The notes beneath the pieces are model-generated. The model searched no databases. It was not told the DNA's origin and saw only the letters and a program-made list of their open reading frames with translations. A stretch of DNA of 63,658 nucleotides, counting the filler, from Hyphochytrium catenoides (taxonomy: Eukaryota; Protista; Hyphochytriomycota), in the NCBI GenBank assembly GCA_900088475.1. It is 12 parts of 12 records of this genome, joined end to end, with 100 filler letters (N's around TTAATTAATTAA, not from the genome) between each part and the next. Parts side by side here need not be neighbours in the genome. Positions count along the whole stretch, not along the records: positions 41,621 to 55,651 come from FLMG01002621.1; positions 55,752 to 58,928 come from FLMG01000206.1; positions 59,029 to 61,048 come from FLMG01002406.1; positions 61,149 to 62,429 come from FLMG01002987.1; positions 62,530 to 63,658 come from FLMG01001435.1; 7 more parts are not named here. One strand, 5' to 3'. Both the position numbers and the translations under genes were made by a program. This document shows, in pieces, positions 50,368 through 63,658 of this stretch (the stretch's first letter is position 1; each line of letters starts with the position of its first letter).

Positions 50368-52030
50368 CTCTCTCTCTTACTCTCTCTCTCACACGCACAT
50401 CCACACCACCGTCTCTCTCTTGGAATGAAGCGTACTTGCCCTGTTCTGCCCAACCACCACGCTTCTGAATTCCTCATTGCTTCAGAAATCTCTACTTATC
50501 CTTCTCCTTGTCGCCTTCCGTGTTTCTCTTCTCTTCATCATGTCTCCTAGTAATCTTCTCTTCCCCCTCTCACCATAGCCCTCGGTCCTCTTTGCGGTCT
50601 CTTCTTACCTGCCTCGTCCGTCCTGACTGCACCGCTCCAGTCAACCTCGCTTTCCTTCGGAACCTTTCTCTCTCCCTTTTTGCTGCTGTCACGTTTCCTC
50701 TCCTCCCTTGCTGTTTGAGCTCCTTGCCTTCTCAATCATCGGTGACCGTTTTGTCCATCACTTTCCTTGTCTTCCTCTCGTCTAGCTCTCTCTTTCTCTC
50801 TTTTTCTCTCTCTCTCTCTCTCTCTCCTCTCTCTTTTTCTTCAACTCTTCATCTCCCCTCCTTCCTTCTCGTAGTGTCTCAGCTCTGTTTTTTGTTTCCT
50901 CCTCTTCCCTTCCTCTTCACTTCCTAAGTAATCCCCGGCCGGCAGAAGTGTCCTNNNNNNNNNNNNNNNNNNNNNNNNNNNNNNNNNNNNNNNNNNNNNN
51001 NNNNNNNNNNNNNNNNNNNNNNNNNNNNNNNNNNNNNNNNNNNNNNNNNNNNNNNNNNNNNNNNNNNNNATTCTGTCTCTGTCACTCTCTCTCTCTCTTC
51101 TCTTTTCAAAGTCCTCTGTTATCTCTTCAGCTCAGTTTTTCCTGGTCAACCCTTACGAAATATAATCAGAGCAGCCGCAAGAGGCGATGCTTGCTGCCTC
51201 GCCGCACTCTAACACTAAAACGACCGATGGACACAGAGAATGGCACGAGCAACACTGCAGCTAGCACTGCCAGCTCATAGTCCCAGATGGGCCAGTCTTT
51301 CTCTGCCGAGAGTGGTTGTTGAGAGCTTGAGAGAGACAATAACTGGAGCTAAAAGACCCATGAAGTCGGCGTGGTCAGCCTGCTGATGATGCAGCGAGAT
51401 GAGTTTTCCTATCAGTCCTTCATGGCAGAGGCACGAGACAGATGGAGAGATCTTAGTGAAGCTTGCTGATTGTGTTGCTATCGACCACATGCCATGGACT
51501 GTCTTCTGAGCGGATTTCATGGACTGAGCTTTTAAAAAGAGGAGATAACGCCAGATGTCGGAGCTCTGTCAATTAGCAGGCTCGTAGGTGAGGAAGGCTT
51601 GCCCGTTGGCTGATCTAACTGCCAGTGAGCTGAATGACGAGAGGAGTGACATTAAGGGCACTCCGTCTGATGATGCGCCCCTATTTGAAGTAAGAAGATG
51701 AGAAGAACGGGCAAGCAAGGGGAAAAAAGAGGAAGAGAACAGAAGGAGAGAATGAAGAGACGCTAGAAGTGAGCAGGCTTTCTGTGGTCTCTCTCTCTCT
51801 CTTGACGAAGAGCTCAATCAGGAGCTTGATGACCTGCAGGCACCAGCAGAAAGAATCAATCAAACATCTTCTCCTCTGCCAATTCAATCACACTCATCGT
51901 CAAACCGCCTAAGAAGTCTATTAATCTCATCATAAAAAGTTCATAAAAATTCTATAGCTTTTCCCGAAGCTCTGACAGTGCGCTTCTCTCCTTCCTTCAC
52001 ATAACAACCTTTTATCCGATGGAAGGGCCT

Positions 52031-53630
52031 CTATAAAGCACCCGAGATGACTTGCCCGCTGTTGGTTGGAGATTCCTTGTCGCTCTTGAACCAGCAAGTT
52101 CCACCATTAAAGCCGTTCCAGGAGAAAGCTTTGCAGTCCGAAGAGGCTTTGCAGACGGTACAGCAGTGGTCAGCCTTAGCCACAGGCCTGTTGAAGATAT
52201 CGTTGCCAAAGAAGTCGGTCCCCATCAAGAGCTTACAGCTTGAAGGGTTCACTTTGGCTGAACGACATGATGGGCAAGGAGCACTCGCAGGATTAACGGT
52301 GGCTGCACTCTTGAGCCAGCATGTACCGCCGTTGTATGTGCTCCAAGTCCAGGCCGTGCACCCTGGGGTGGCAAGACAGTCCGCGCAGCAGTTAGCCGCC
52401 TCCTTCTGGGGCGTATTGTGGATGTCATTGCCATAGAAGTCAACGCCATCGACAATATCAGTACATACACCCTCTTCAGTGTTCTGGATGAAGGCCGAAA
52501 CAGTTCCTGCCATCTCCTTCATTTCCGTCACTTTGCTCTTAAGCCAGCATGTTCCCCCGTTGTAAGCCGACCAGGTATGAGCTCTGCACCCAGGCGTCGC
52601 GGCACACTCTACGCAGCAGAGTTCAGGATTAGGTTGCACGACACTCCGGATGTCATTGCCGACAAAATCAACTCCCCACTGAGGATCACTGCAGGTTCCC
52701 TGGACGGGAGGCGATGGGCTAGGAGTGGGACTCGAACTTGGGGTGGGGGTTGGGGCCCCGTCTGGCGTTGGTGCGTCCGTAGGAATGGGCGTGGGCTGAT
52801 TGTTTTCTTCATACTTCAGCAAAATCTTTGCCCACTGTTCCTCCGAGTAGTAAGGCTCTGCGTCTCCCAGACATCCAGCCACAGTAGCCACTGTTTTGCC
52901 CTTGGACTTGATGATAGGGATGAAGGTGGATGCCGCCGTTACCGAGGATTTGATGGTATCACGCTGAACGAAGATGCTGTTGCTGCTAGAGGTCAGGCCC
53001 TTGTTATACACGTCCGAGTAGTACTCATTCTTCTGGTTCGCCGGGTTGGAGTCCTGCAAATCTGAAAGATGGGTACGGAGCAAGGCGGACTCTGTCATTC
53101 GCTGCTCACGGATTAAAAAAATTTCTCTAACGTAACTCATTACCTGTGGCAGCGCTGGACGCCTGAACGGGGATCAGCTCTAAGGCTTTCAAGACCTTCA
53201 AAGTGTTCGGTCCGCATGTTCCTCCTGGGCAGTAGAAATACTTAGGCCGGCCGTTGCCGCCGACCAGGCCACTAATAAAGTCACTGGTAAACGTGATCTC
53301 CATATAGAGTTCATCTTGGCTTAACGTTTCCAATGGGCGATTAGTAAATCCCATACTGCCAATGAGATGCCCATCCTTCGCAAGCTGCCTCACAGCAGCT
53401 TGACCCTGAGGCTCCTGGAGCGCCATACCCAGGACGAAGAAGGTCACCTTAACGTCCAATTTTTTAAGGCTTGCAAGGAGGTCTATAGAGAATTCATTGT
53501 GTGGACCTTCAATGTACGCAGGAGCAACAAAATTAGCCTTGCTACATTGTTGGACTACATCTGTAGCAAGGACCGGACTAGAAGCCAACAGGCCGCTCGC
53601 TGCCGCGAGAGCAAAACTTAAAAACTTCAT
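52031..53630 (-). CDS. Secreted CE4/NodB polysaccharide-deacetylase-like domain, PT linker and three PAN/Apple domains; exons 53144-53630 and 52031-53061
   Basis: Signal peptide MKFLSFALAAAS; NodB scaffold VKVTFFVLG..DGHLIGS..PKYF; G..TVAGCLGD; a PTP/SP linker; then three C..G.DF.GNDI..CC..C....C.A.(T/S)W...NGGTCW.KS repeats. Confidence 0.9.
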
Positions 53631-55342
53631 GTCGCACGATACAATGCGATGGCGGTGATTAACGTTCCCAGCCCTTATGGCACGTTGGTCTCTCAGTTCC
53701 AATTGCAAATTGACAGACAGACCCACAGTAGAACGATCTTCAGTTGCAATCGACTCCCGGCTTGCGTGTCAGAGGCAGGAAATGTTAATGATGTTTCCTA
53801 GAGATGATTAGTAAGAAGCGGAGACCTTGTTCCTTCCAGGGAAAGTGAGTGCGCCAAGAAGGGCCACTTTCTGCTTCTATTCACCCATCGGCTCTCTGGC
53901 TCTCTCGTCGTTATTCGCCTGGAAAGATGTCCTCCGCGAGCTACACTTTTGCTGTCCTTCTCTTGTCTCCAAAAAGGCTGGTGCTAGCAATAGTTCCCGA
54001 ATGCGTTATCGCTATTACTATATTCAAACCATCCCCATCTTCCGCAAGAACAGCTAGAAAGGCGTAGGCTCACAGGCTTGGGAGGAGCGAGAGTGACAGA
54101 CATCAGCCCGCGCCAAACGTTAGAGGGATCAAATGGGCTCTCATTGCTGCTGAGACGGGGAGCTCCAACCAATCAATGAGTCGCCTTCGTCTTAGGCCTT
54201 GCAGTAGATCCAATTATGTACCTTCTTCTATGGCTCATCGCAGAGAAAAATGTGCTTGGTAGGACCCGAACCCGCAGCCAATAATTGATCGGACCAGGGA
54301 GGACAGACGGGCTAGTTTTATACTTGGCTTTCGTCGTTACACTGCCAGTTCATGCTTTGCGCTTCTACCTCCCGTCACGCCTTATATACCAATATCAATG
54401 AAGCCCTTGATTATACTTTTATAAAGAAGTGTTCATCGTGTTCTCAGTTCTGAAGGGAGATGAGACAGACGAAGAGGCAGAACTAAAGTAGAGTCGTCGA
54501 ATTATTATTGAGGACAATGAGAGACAGAGCTGGATGACGAGGCGGCAAAGCTATGGATAGTGACCTAACCGGGCAAGTGCATCGGATCGTATGAGGCGAG
54601 ATAAGAAGCGGTGTACTGGGTAAATGACTGGCAAAGGAGGGCGGGCGCCCGAACCCATCACTATCGCAGGAGCTTGGCCTGGTCGAGCCTCTTTCAATTG
54701 TTCCCGCGCCTTACTCTTTCTTAGCCCCAAGGCAAGCTTACTATACTGGTTGAGGATTAGTAGCTCTTGCAGGAATATTAACTTAGGGCTTTACTTTCTA
54801 TACAAGTGGCAGAGTACTTCCAATCTTAGGCCTCCCGAGACGGGAGAGCAACCTCTATAAGGAGATCACCGCTTGTGATACCACTAACTCTTATTACTTA
54901 GTCCGGCTTTACAGGTTCTTCCAGGGGTTCCAACTTGAACTCGTGTCTCCGATGTACAGCCAGAGCGTGAACAAACCGCAAACCCGTCTATGGGAATCAC
55001 CCTCTTCATGATTCATAGTTTGGTCCACTCTAACAGGTGATATTGCTTACAACTACTACTACCGTTTTAAAGTCCTGTAGGTCAGGTTCTAGGAGTAGTA
55101 GAAATGACAGAAGACAGAGGAGGATACGCCCTTCTTTATCAATGGCCGGAGGGAGAAAAGAGACATGCAGATCAGGTTAGGAAGACCAACTAGGAGATGA
55201 TGAGCAGAGGATCAAATATTCACTGGCAGGAGAAGGACCGAGCGTCGGTCGAGCTTCAGGACTATTATTATCCTCGAGCAACTAATCTTCTAGTGCAGAG
55301 TAGTCTCTGTGGTTCTTACTAGTGCTATCTACGGCGTCATCG

Positions 55343-55364
55343 AACCCTAACCCTAACCCTAACC
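55343..55364 (+). repeat. Short interstitial telomere-type repeat (AACCCT)3AACC
   Basis: Read directly as aaccctaaccctaaccctaacc. Confidence 0.6.
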
Positions 55365-57321
55365 GTGGGAACTACTGTTTATTTAACCCTACAAGGACGA
55401 ATCGCCGAAACAAATGAAAGGGGAAAAGAAAGAAAGATTAGTGCTATGCCAAATTGACAGATTGTAAAGTGTAATAACACCAAATACCTTTCCGAGGGGT
55501 TCGGGTTCCAGATCCTTACACCAGGTCTCCTGTCTGTTGTTCACTGGCCCTCCGCAGAGCGAGTGTGTCATTGATTGACCACTGCTCTGGATCCCTCCTA
55601 TACCGTCGTCCACTCGCAAAGAGAAGCCTACAGAGAAATCGTTCATTATTANNNNNNNNNNNNNNNNNNNNNNNNNNNNNNNNNNNNNNNNNNNNTTAAT
55701 TAATTAANNNNNNNNNNNNNNNNNNNNNNNNNNNNNNNNNNNNNNNNNNNNAGCAGCCGCGAAATCGCTTTGGAACCACAGAGCCTTTCAGACAAAATGC
55801 GTTCTCATTATTGAGGAGGAAGAAAACCTTCAACATAACCTTTCACTTCAGTAATCCCCCAGTAATTTGCTCTGACAACCTTGACCAAACCTGGGTCCTT
55901 TCATTCAGCGCTGGCCCTCACAATGCTATCGGCGCTCGCTTGCCGCTGCATAGCTCGGGATGCAGTCACCGTTCTTGCCAAGCAAAGGGGCGATATTCTC
56001 TAACGGGAGGAATGTCGAACCAAGAGAGTGGAGCGCGTTACGGCTGGGATTATTGCTAGACAGATAGTCGTACTTCCAAGGCTTTATAGTAGAGTGTGTC
56101 GACGCCTGCTACTTCAGGATGACGTAGGAGGTTAAAGAAGGACAGCGTGTGACCGCCGATTGGCAATCTCTCCAGCAAAGTGGGGGTGGCCGCCTCCATC
56201 TCTAAAGCACAGTTTTAGGTCTGGAGCGAGGAGGCCAATGAATAGCACCTGCTTCAAACCTTCCTGGTTCGACCAGATAGCCCTCTACAGTCAATTTCTT
56301 CTTCCTGGACGCTCGCTTCCTGCTACTATTCTTCTGCACCCCTAGTAGCTGCGTTGACTGGTTTCTTCTTGTTGCGCCTGCAAGCACCATTCGCTCTGCG
56401 TTTCTTTCTTTTTGTTGGAGACAACATCTCCCTAGAAAATATCACGCTATTGACTTTTCGTCAAATTGCTTATGAGAAATCGGAGATGCCAATTGCGGAA
56501 CAGAGAAGCCTATGTCAGCCTTCGGCTGCGGCATCTTTTGAAGGTGGAGTGAATTAGAGGCGCGTGGTTGGATGTTGGATGCTGTTTGTGCCTGGTCCTT
56601 GTGTCTCGCACTCTCTTTCGTGCCTTGGTTACATGCGGACCTGAGTCCTGTCGTAGTAAGTGAACAGTCGTGAAGTTCAGCGAAGGGATCCTGACATGCT
56701 TCAGGCGTTGGCAAGAGGACGAGGTCCTGGACATCGCCAGGTTCAAGGAAGCTCCTTCCTTGGCATTCAGCGGTGACCGTGGTGAACCTCATCGTGGGCT
56801 TTGGGTAATCTCAAGACCCACTAGTGGGCTTTGCGTGTTGAGTGCAGCTTCAATATCTTTCGTGTGTCCAGAACTCCAATCAGTTTCATTAGCGACAGGC
56901 GGTTGAGATACCCTTGACTTCGAAGCTGTCCTGCAAGACGTTGAGCTACGGGAGAAGGTAATGGCACTTCAGGAGCCGTCAGTTGCCGCTCGAAACTGAT
57001 TTGAGTGCCGGACATACGAAAGGTGAATAGTGTTTGATCAATAGTTCAAGTCCATCGGCCCCAAGAATCCTCACATCTCACAGGGGACTCAAATCAGAGG
57101 CTGAAGCTGTAATATATGGCAGATTTATGGCGGAAGGCACAAGCGAGAAAGCCCATCACTAGGCTTAATGACATGTTTAACTAACTAATAGTGGATAATC
57201 CTTCCTCACTTGCTGGTCCGTGCCGCTGTGTAGGAAGAGGATCATGTGAATGAATTCCTAACGATGAGGATTCTAGGAGCAACAACCTGTACTGAGCTGC
57301 AGTACATCCCAAGCGTTGGTC

Positions 57322-58810
<1,489 letters not shown>

Positions 58811-61244
58811 CTACAAAGAAGAGGTGAAAGACAACGCACCACCGAAGCCATGAGGAAACAGTGATGTTCTAGCCACTGCATTGGCCATAGATGAAGATAG
58901 GGAACTAGAAGAGCATCAAGACGTAGGANNNNNNNNNNNNNNNNNNNNNNNNNNNNNNNNNNNNNNNNNNNNTTAATTAATTAANNNNNNNNNNNNNNNN
59001 NNNNNNNNNNNNNNNNNNNNNNNNNNNNTCTTCGCACAGAGATGAGTTCTTCACAATCCGGCATTTGCTCTAGAGTAGTCTTCCCTAGATTAGAAGGAGG
59101 AAATGGGAGAGACGCTGTGCTATTCCGGCTTTGCCTGACTCCATAAATATTGTCCCTTAACTCTTTAACCGACGGCACTCGCATAGCGGAGAGGAGAAGG
59201 AAAAGGAGAGAGTGTGTGAGAGGGAGAGAGAGAGAAGGAATGAAGATTTATAAAGTCTAGGATCCGTATCGACTAGGCGTGACTCATTGTCTGCAATAAA
59301 GCGCGACCGTTTGAAAAGCCCTGTCAGGCCGAGGGGACGGAGAGGGAAGAGAGTGCGAGGTAAAGAGTGGAGAAAGGAGAATCAGGGGAGAGAACTTTAT
59401 GTAGATGGGCAATCCTATCGTTCATCGCCGAAGGCCCAGCAAAAGAAGGCAACAACTAGGAGTTACTACGAGTAGAAAGCAAACAAGAGAAAGTGTCGCG
59501 TCAGCAGGCTTGTCTTGTCTAACAGAGAGAAGTGCGAACAATGACTTGACCATCCTCCTCTTGATGGACATCGGGATGGAATAAATCCGAACAGTGCCTT
59601 TCGGATGAGAGAACTGGAGATATCTGGGGTGACCTCTCCAATATTGAGTCTTTGGTCTTGGCTTGTTCTACCTTTCTATAGGCCGCTCTACTGACCTTGA
59701 CACCTTCTACATCCCCTCCTCTCTCCCACTGACTCTCTCTCTTTCTTTCCTTGGAGGCAGCAAGGGGACAGTCTAACCTCTGGACTCTAGCGCTTGAGTG
59801 CGGGCAACCACAGGGTTGGGATGTCAAGTGTAGGGCTGTTGCCCCTGCTCCCTTCAACATGGTGCCCTGACACACTGCTTCCTAGGCCCTTGGCTTGCGT
59901 TTTACGTACAACTCTATGATAGACACAGGTAGAATCAGACTCACTAGCGCTTGTGGCGCTAGCGACGTGGTCGGCGTTGGACGGCTCGCCATGAAGAGGA
60001 CAAACTGACGGTCATCTAAGCGATTGGAAAGCCAAGTGGAGGAGGGAAAGACAAAGCCGCAAGGGGATGAAATAACAGCAATCCAATTAGAACGAGACAG
60101 AGCGTACTGCGAGAAAGAGTGACCAAGAGATGTGTGGAGATAAGACACAAGCAACATGTTAAGTAGGTGTAAGAAAAGGTTTCACAGAGGAAGAGTGCGC
60201 ACGAAAGATTCTGTGGTTTGAGACAGAGTGGCCGGTAGGGTGTCATAAAACCCTTGCGCTGGGCCCTTAGGAGCCGCAGCTCCTCTGTTCTTATGGCTCG
60301 CAAAGGCCGCTCTCACCCACACAGCCCCATATGATCATCCTACTCTGTCTCATGACCTCAATTCTCTCATTTTTCAGTCCACTGTTTAGAGGCTACAGTA
60401 AATATGTCTCTTGGGATGGTTCAGGAAATCTCTCGAGTTGGCTGAAGAGTGTGGGACGATGGAGGGAAGACCTCTTGGTTCTTGTTTTTTGTCCTCTGCG
60501 TCCTCTCTGGTGCTAGAGCCACAGAGTGATCTGTGGCCAAGGCAGGAGGACTAAGATTGCTGCCAGAGGAAACCTTTCAATGCAACATATCACAAAGACA
60601 TATTTTCCCGGGAGCAACCACAGCTGTAGCGGAGGAACTGCGTCGAAGAGAACCTTTCCATTGTTTGGAAACTAACAGAAATGCATAGTCAATCTTGTCA
60701 GGGGGGTTCTCCTTTCTCTTGGATCTGAACAGCACTTCCTAAAGCGAAAGAACTACGCACGAAACTTGAACCGCCAATTCTAATGGTCCTTTAGCCGCTT
60801 TTTACCAAAAGTAAAATCATCTACTGTCATATTGTCTCCTTGACTGTCAAGTTGCAACCGAAACTTAGAGCCGCATGTCGAATTCAATACAGATAGGCAG
60901 TACGTGGTGGCGTTGGGTATAAGTGTTTGAGGTCGTTGGTACGACATAAAGCAAGGTTTGTCCTTCTGATAAAAGCAGACAAGCAGTCAGGACGCTCACT
61001 CCGTACTTCGAGCAGGAGCGAATCCAAGAGATGCGTGTCATTGATCCANNNNNNNNNNNNNNNNNNNNNNNNNNNNNNNNNNNNNNNNNNNNTTAATTAA
61101 TTAANNNNNNNNNNNNNNNNNNNNNNNNNNNNNNNNNNNNNNNNNNNNGACCATATTCCCTAAACGCCTGCTTCACTGTGGTCAGCCGGACATAGACCCA
61201 ACCCTCGGGAAGGCTTGCGTAGTCGTCTTCCTTATCTAAGTCCT

Positions 61245-62310
61245 CTACAGTTGAAAAGAAAAAAATATAGTTGAGCCAGTCATTGCAGATGGGATGCTAT
61301 CGATCATTTCAATCCAACCTTCGTTGACAATAACCCCATTGGCCAGAGTACTGCGACCAGGACCTTTTGAGGCTAACCTTCGCAAAGATACCTCATCACC
61401 GGCCGACAGTTCACGGGTTACGAAACTGGTAGCACCCACAGTATGCGCGGCTGGCCACGGGATTACGTCTCCTACACCTAAAAGAGATGGCCCAATGCGA
61501 AAGGTTGGGCCCATTTTAGTCAGAGGGACCCAGACGCTAGTGGCTATAAACATTACCATGACTTTGAACAACCCCAACTTCTCCTTTAGGTCTTTGGCTT
61601 TCAGTAAAGATTCGCCTGCCTTGGCCATCGCAAAGAAGTCGGAGGTGTGGAGGAATTTGCTCCCATGAGCTCAGATGGTACTTGGTTATGACACTATCCA
61701 GCTGAATCCAGGCAAGCTCCTGTCCACCTGTGATATGGTCGTTCGTCGTCATAAGCTGGCCACCGATCTTAGGGTATCACCGGCTACGCAGTTGTGATGT
61801 TTTCTTTTTACCTGGAGCGCGAGTAACATCCTGAAGAATACCCCGTGCAAATACATTCTTCCCGGAAGGCTTATTTCGACCGAGCGCGCTAGTCGTCTTC
61901 GTCTCCTCCACGGAATCTTGACATATCACCGATGTCTTGGGTGGAGCGTTTAGTTTGTACAAGCTAACGCGCTTGCCTTTCATCGCAACCCAGGGCGGCG
62001 TCTGGCGCTGAGACTCGTGATTATCAATGTCATCACGAGGCTGACTGGTCGCTTCTTCCACCAGTGGTTCTTCAATCGTCGCACTGCCCTGGTCCTCAAC
62101 TACGACACCCCGGTCAATCTCCTCTTCAAGGGCAGATGACGCTCGTCCATCTTGAGAGGCGTCCGTATCATCGTCCTCAGACACATCACCGCCCACATCA
62201 CTGAGGCTGGCTCCGAGTGGTGTTTGTTTGTTCCCCTCTCCAGTGTCCTCTTCGTCATAGGAAGCGTCGCTCCCTCTTCGTCGTTTTCTCTTGTTGTTAT
62301 CCATCATCAT
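61245..62310 (-). CDS. Hypothetical protein, interrupted (acidic N-terminus with NLS-like KRKRRR)
   Basis: ORF 61777-62316 is followed by further protein-like frames at 61537-61752 and 61245-61628, separated by a stop and a frameshift. No family recognised. Confidence 0.35.
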
Positions 62311-63658
62311 CGACAAGCTTCGCCTCGATAGACCGCCTCTGTAAAAGTAACTAAGGATAAGTGTCAGTGCTGCATTTACTGACTACGGTGGTGGCAGGCA
62401 GCTGATTGATGATGGTAAGCTCTGATTGTNNNNNNNNNNNNNNNNNNNNNNNNNNNNNNNNNNNNNNNNNNNNTTAATTAATTAANNNNNNNNNNNNNNN
62501 NNNNNNNNNNNNNNNNNNNNNNNNNNNNNTTGTGGCAGATTACCATCGGACACGCAAGCGGCACTCCTTCCCCAGTCATAATCTTCGGCCTGTTGATGGT
62601 CTCCGTGTTTCCCCCGGCGGAAAGAGATAGAGACAATAAGAGCTTAGAAAAAGAGGCTCTTTCTCTGTCTCTCTTCGTGCTTTTGCCTCCCTTGTAGATT
62701 CGGTCTCTTTCTCTTCCTTCACCGACGCTATCGCTCTCTTTCCTCCTCCTCCGGTGACTCAATATGCAAGAGACAGATGCCACTTGGAGTTAGGCATCCT
62801 GTTCGTGTCTCTTACCCTTCTCTCTCTCCGCGATAGAGGGAGAGGTGTGCCTTGTTGGTCTTCTGGTCAATAGAGGAAAGGAGGAGAAGTCGTTAACCAC
62901 AGAGAGAGAGAGAGAGATACGAGGGAGGAGCAGCAAGGACATTGCCTTGAAGTGGGCGACGTGACCAACTACTTCCTTTTGTATAAACCCTGTAACGATG
63001 TGAAATAGCGCTGTCTCTTCCATGCTTTTTTCTCTCTTTCTCCCTCTCTCCCTTTCTCTCTCTCTAGATATCTCTCTCTTCCCCACGTGCCAGACAAGGC
63101 CAAAGGACGAGAGAGAAAGCGGATGGTTTCCCTTGCATACCATCACTGTCATCCTCGTACAACGGAGGTTCCTGCACGAGTGGAGGCAGTCTTTGGCCAT
63201 TCTTTCCACTGTTCCTGCACACCCCTCTCTCTGTCTCTGTCTCTCTCTGTAGAGGCCGCCCCTTCTGTTTTGCTTTTTAACAACAGTGATCTGAGTCAAC
63301 TACAACAAAACCACCTGTTTTCGGGGGTAAATTTTCAGGCACCTAATTCCGGAGTTAGTGAGGGTTATTCGAGAGCTATACCGTTTAAAAGTCCGTAATC
63401 CGATGATTCTGAGAACATAGCTTTCATACCCATATGTTCACAGGGGCCAGAGTTATAGAATAGAGTCTCCAAGTAGAGGAGCTTTCTATGGTGGCCGCGC
63501 CTGTTATACAGCAAGACTATGGGAATGCTTTTTGGGAGTGTCAAAGAGCTGAATACTGTCCTTAGATTGCTTAAGATTTTCGGTATAAGCCTTCGAGCTT
63601 CAAAATTGATCTGGAGATTTTTCCTAAGTTAAAGTCCTGTAAAAAAGGTGCGGCCATT

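Noticed and set aside
9204-51110. Hundreds of ORFs rich in SLSLSL or ERERER
   Set aside because: (CT/GA)n lacks stop codons. These ORFs are mostly intronic or intergenic microsatellite read-through.
51275-51360. TTTLGRERLAHLGL resembles the hAT dimerisation motif
   Set aside because: The upstream ERxFS motif, terminal inverted repeats and other transposase motifs were not seen.
51275-51817. Same-frame ORFs separated by a single stop (also at 3596, 61777 and 62790), suggesting stop-codon reassignment
   Set aside because: The exons I read from the conserved genes have no in-frame stops, and TAA, TAG and TGA all terminate genes here. Decay, errors or chance explain these cases.

Overview
This is eukaryotic DNA and not one contiguous locus. 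It consists of 12 assembly segments joined by 11 artificial 100-bp linkers (44 N + TTAATTAATTAA + 44 N), with eight further internal N gaps. Genes have GT-AG introns and use the standard genetic code. The gene content (CBEL-type PAN/Apple repeats, CDPK, 7TM-RGS, Kv channel, kinesin-13, p25alpha-like domains) suggests a flagellated stramenopile close to oomycetes/hyphochytrids; this is inference. Most ORFs in the supplied track are artefacts of (GA/CT)n microsatellites. Reading through the introns by hand gives: two GH5 beta-mannanase pieces, an organellar-type TrpRS, a large helical/coiled-coil/p25alpha-like protein, MED17, ZCCHC8, an atypical kinesin-13, a Kv channel, an LRR receptor-like gene, a PiT transporter end, a 7TM-RGS, a small secreted Cys peptide precursor, a CE4-like/3xPAN protein and a CDPK. 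The four best leads are: (1) the LRR receptor built from one symmetric 63-nt exon per repeat; (2) introns with a 5' (GA)n tract and a complementary 3' (CT)n tract; (3) a prohormone-like secreted peptide lying tail-to-tail with the 7TM-RGS; (4) an apparently catalytically dead deacetylase fused to three PAN domains.
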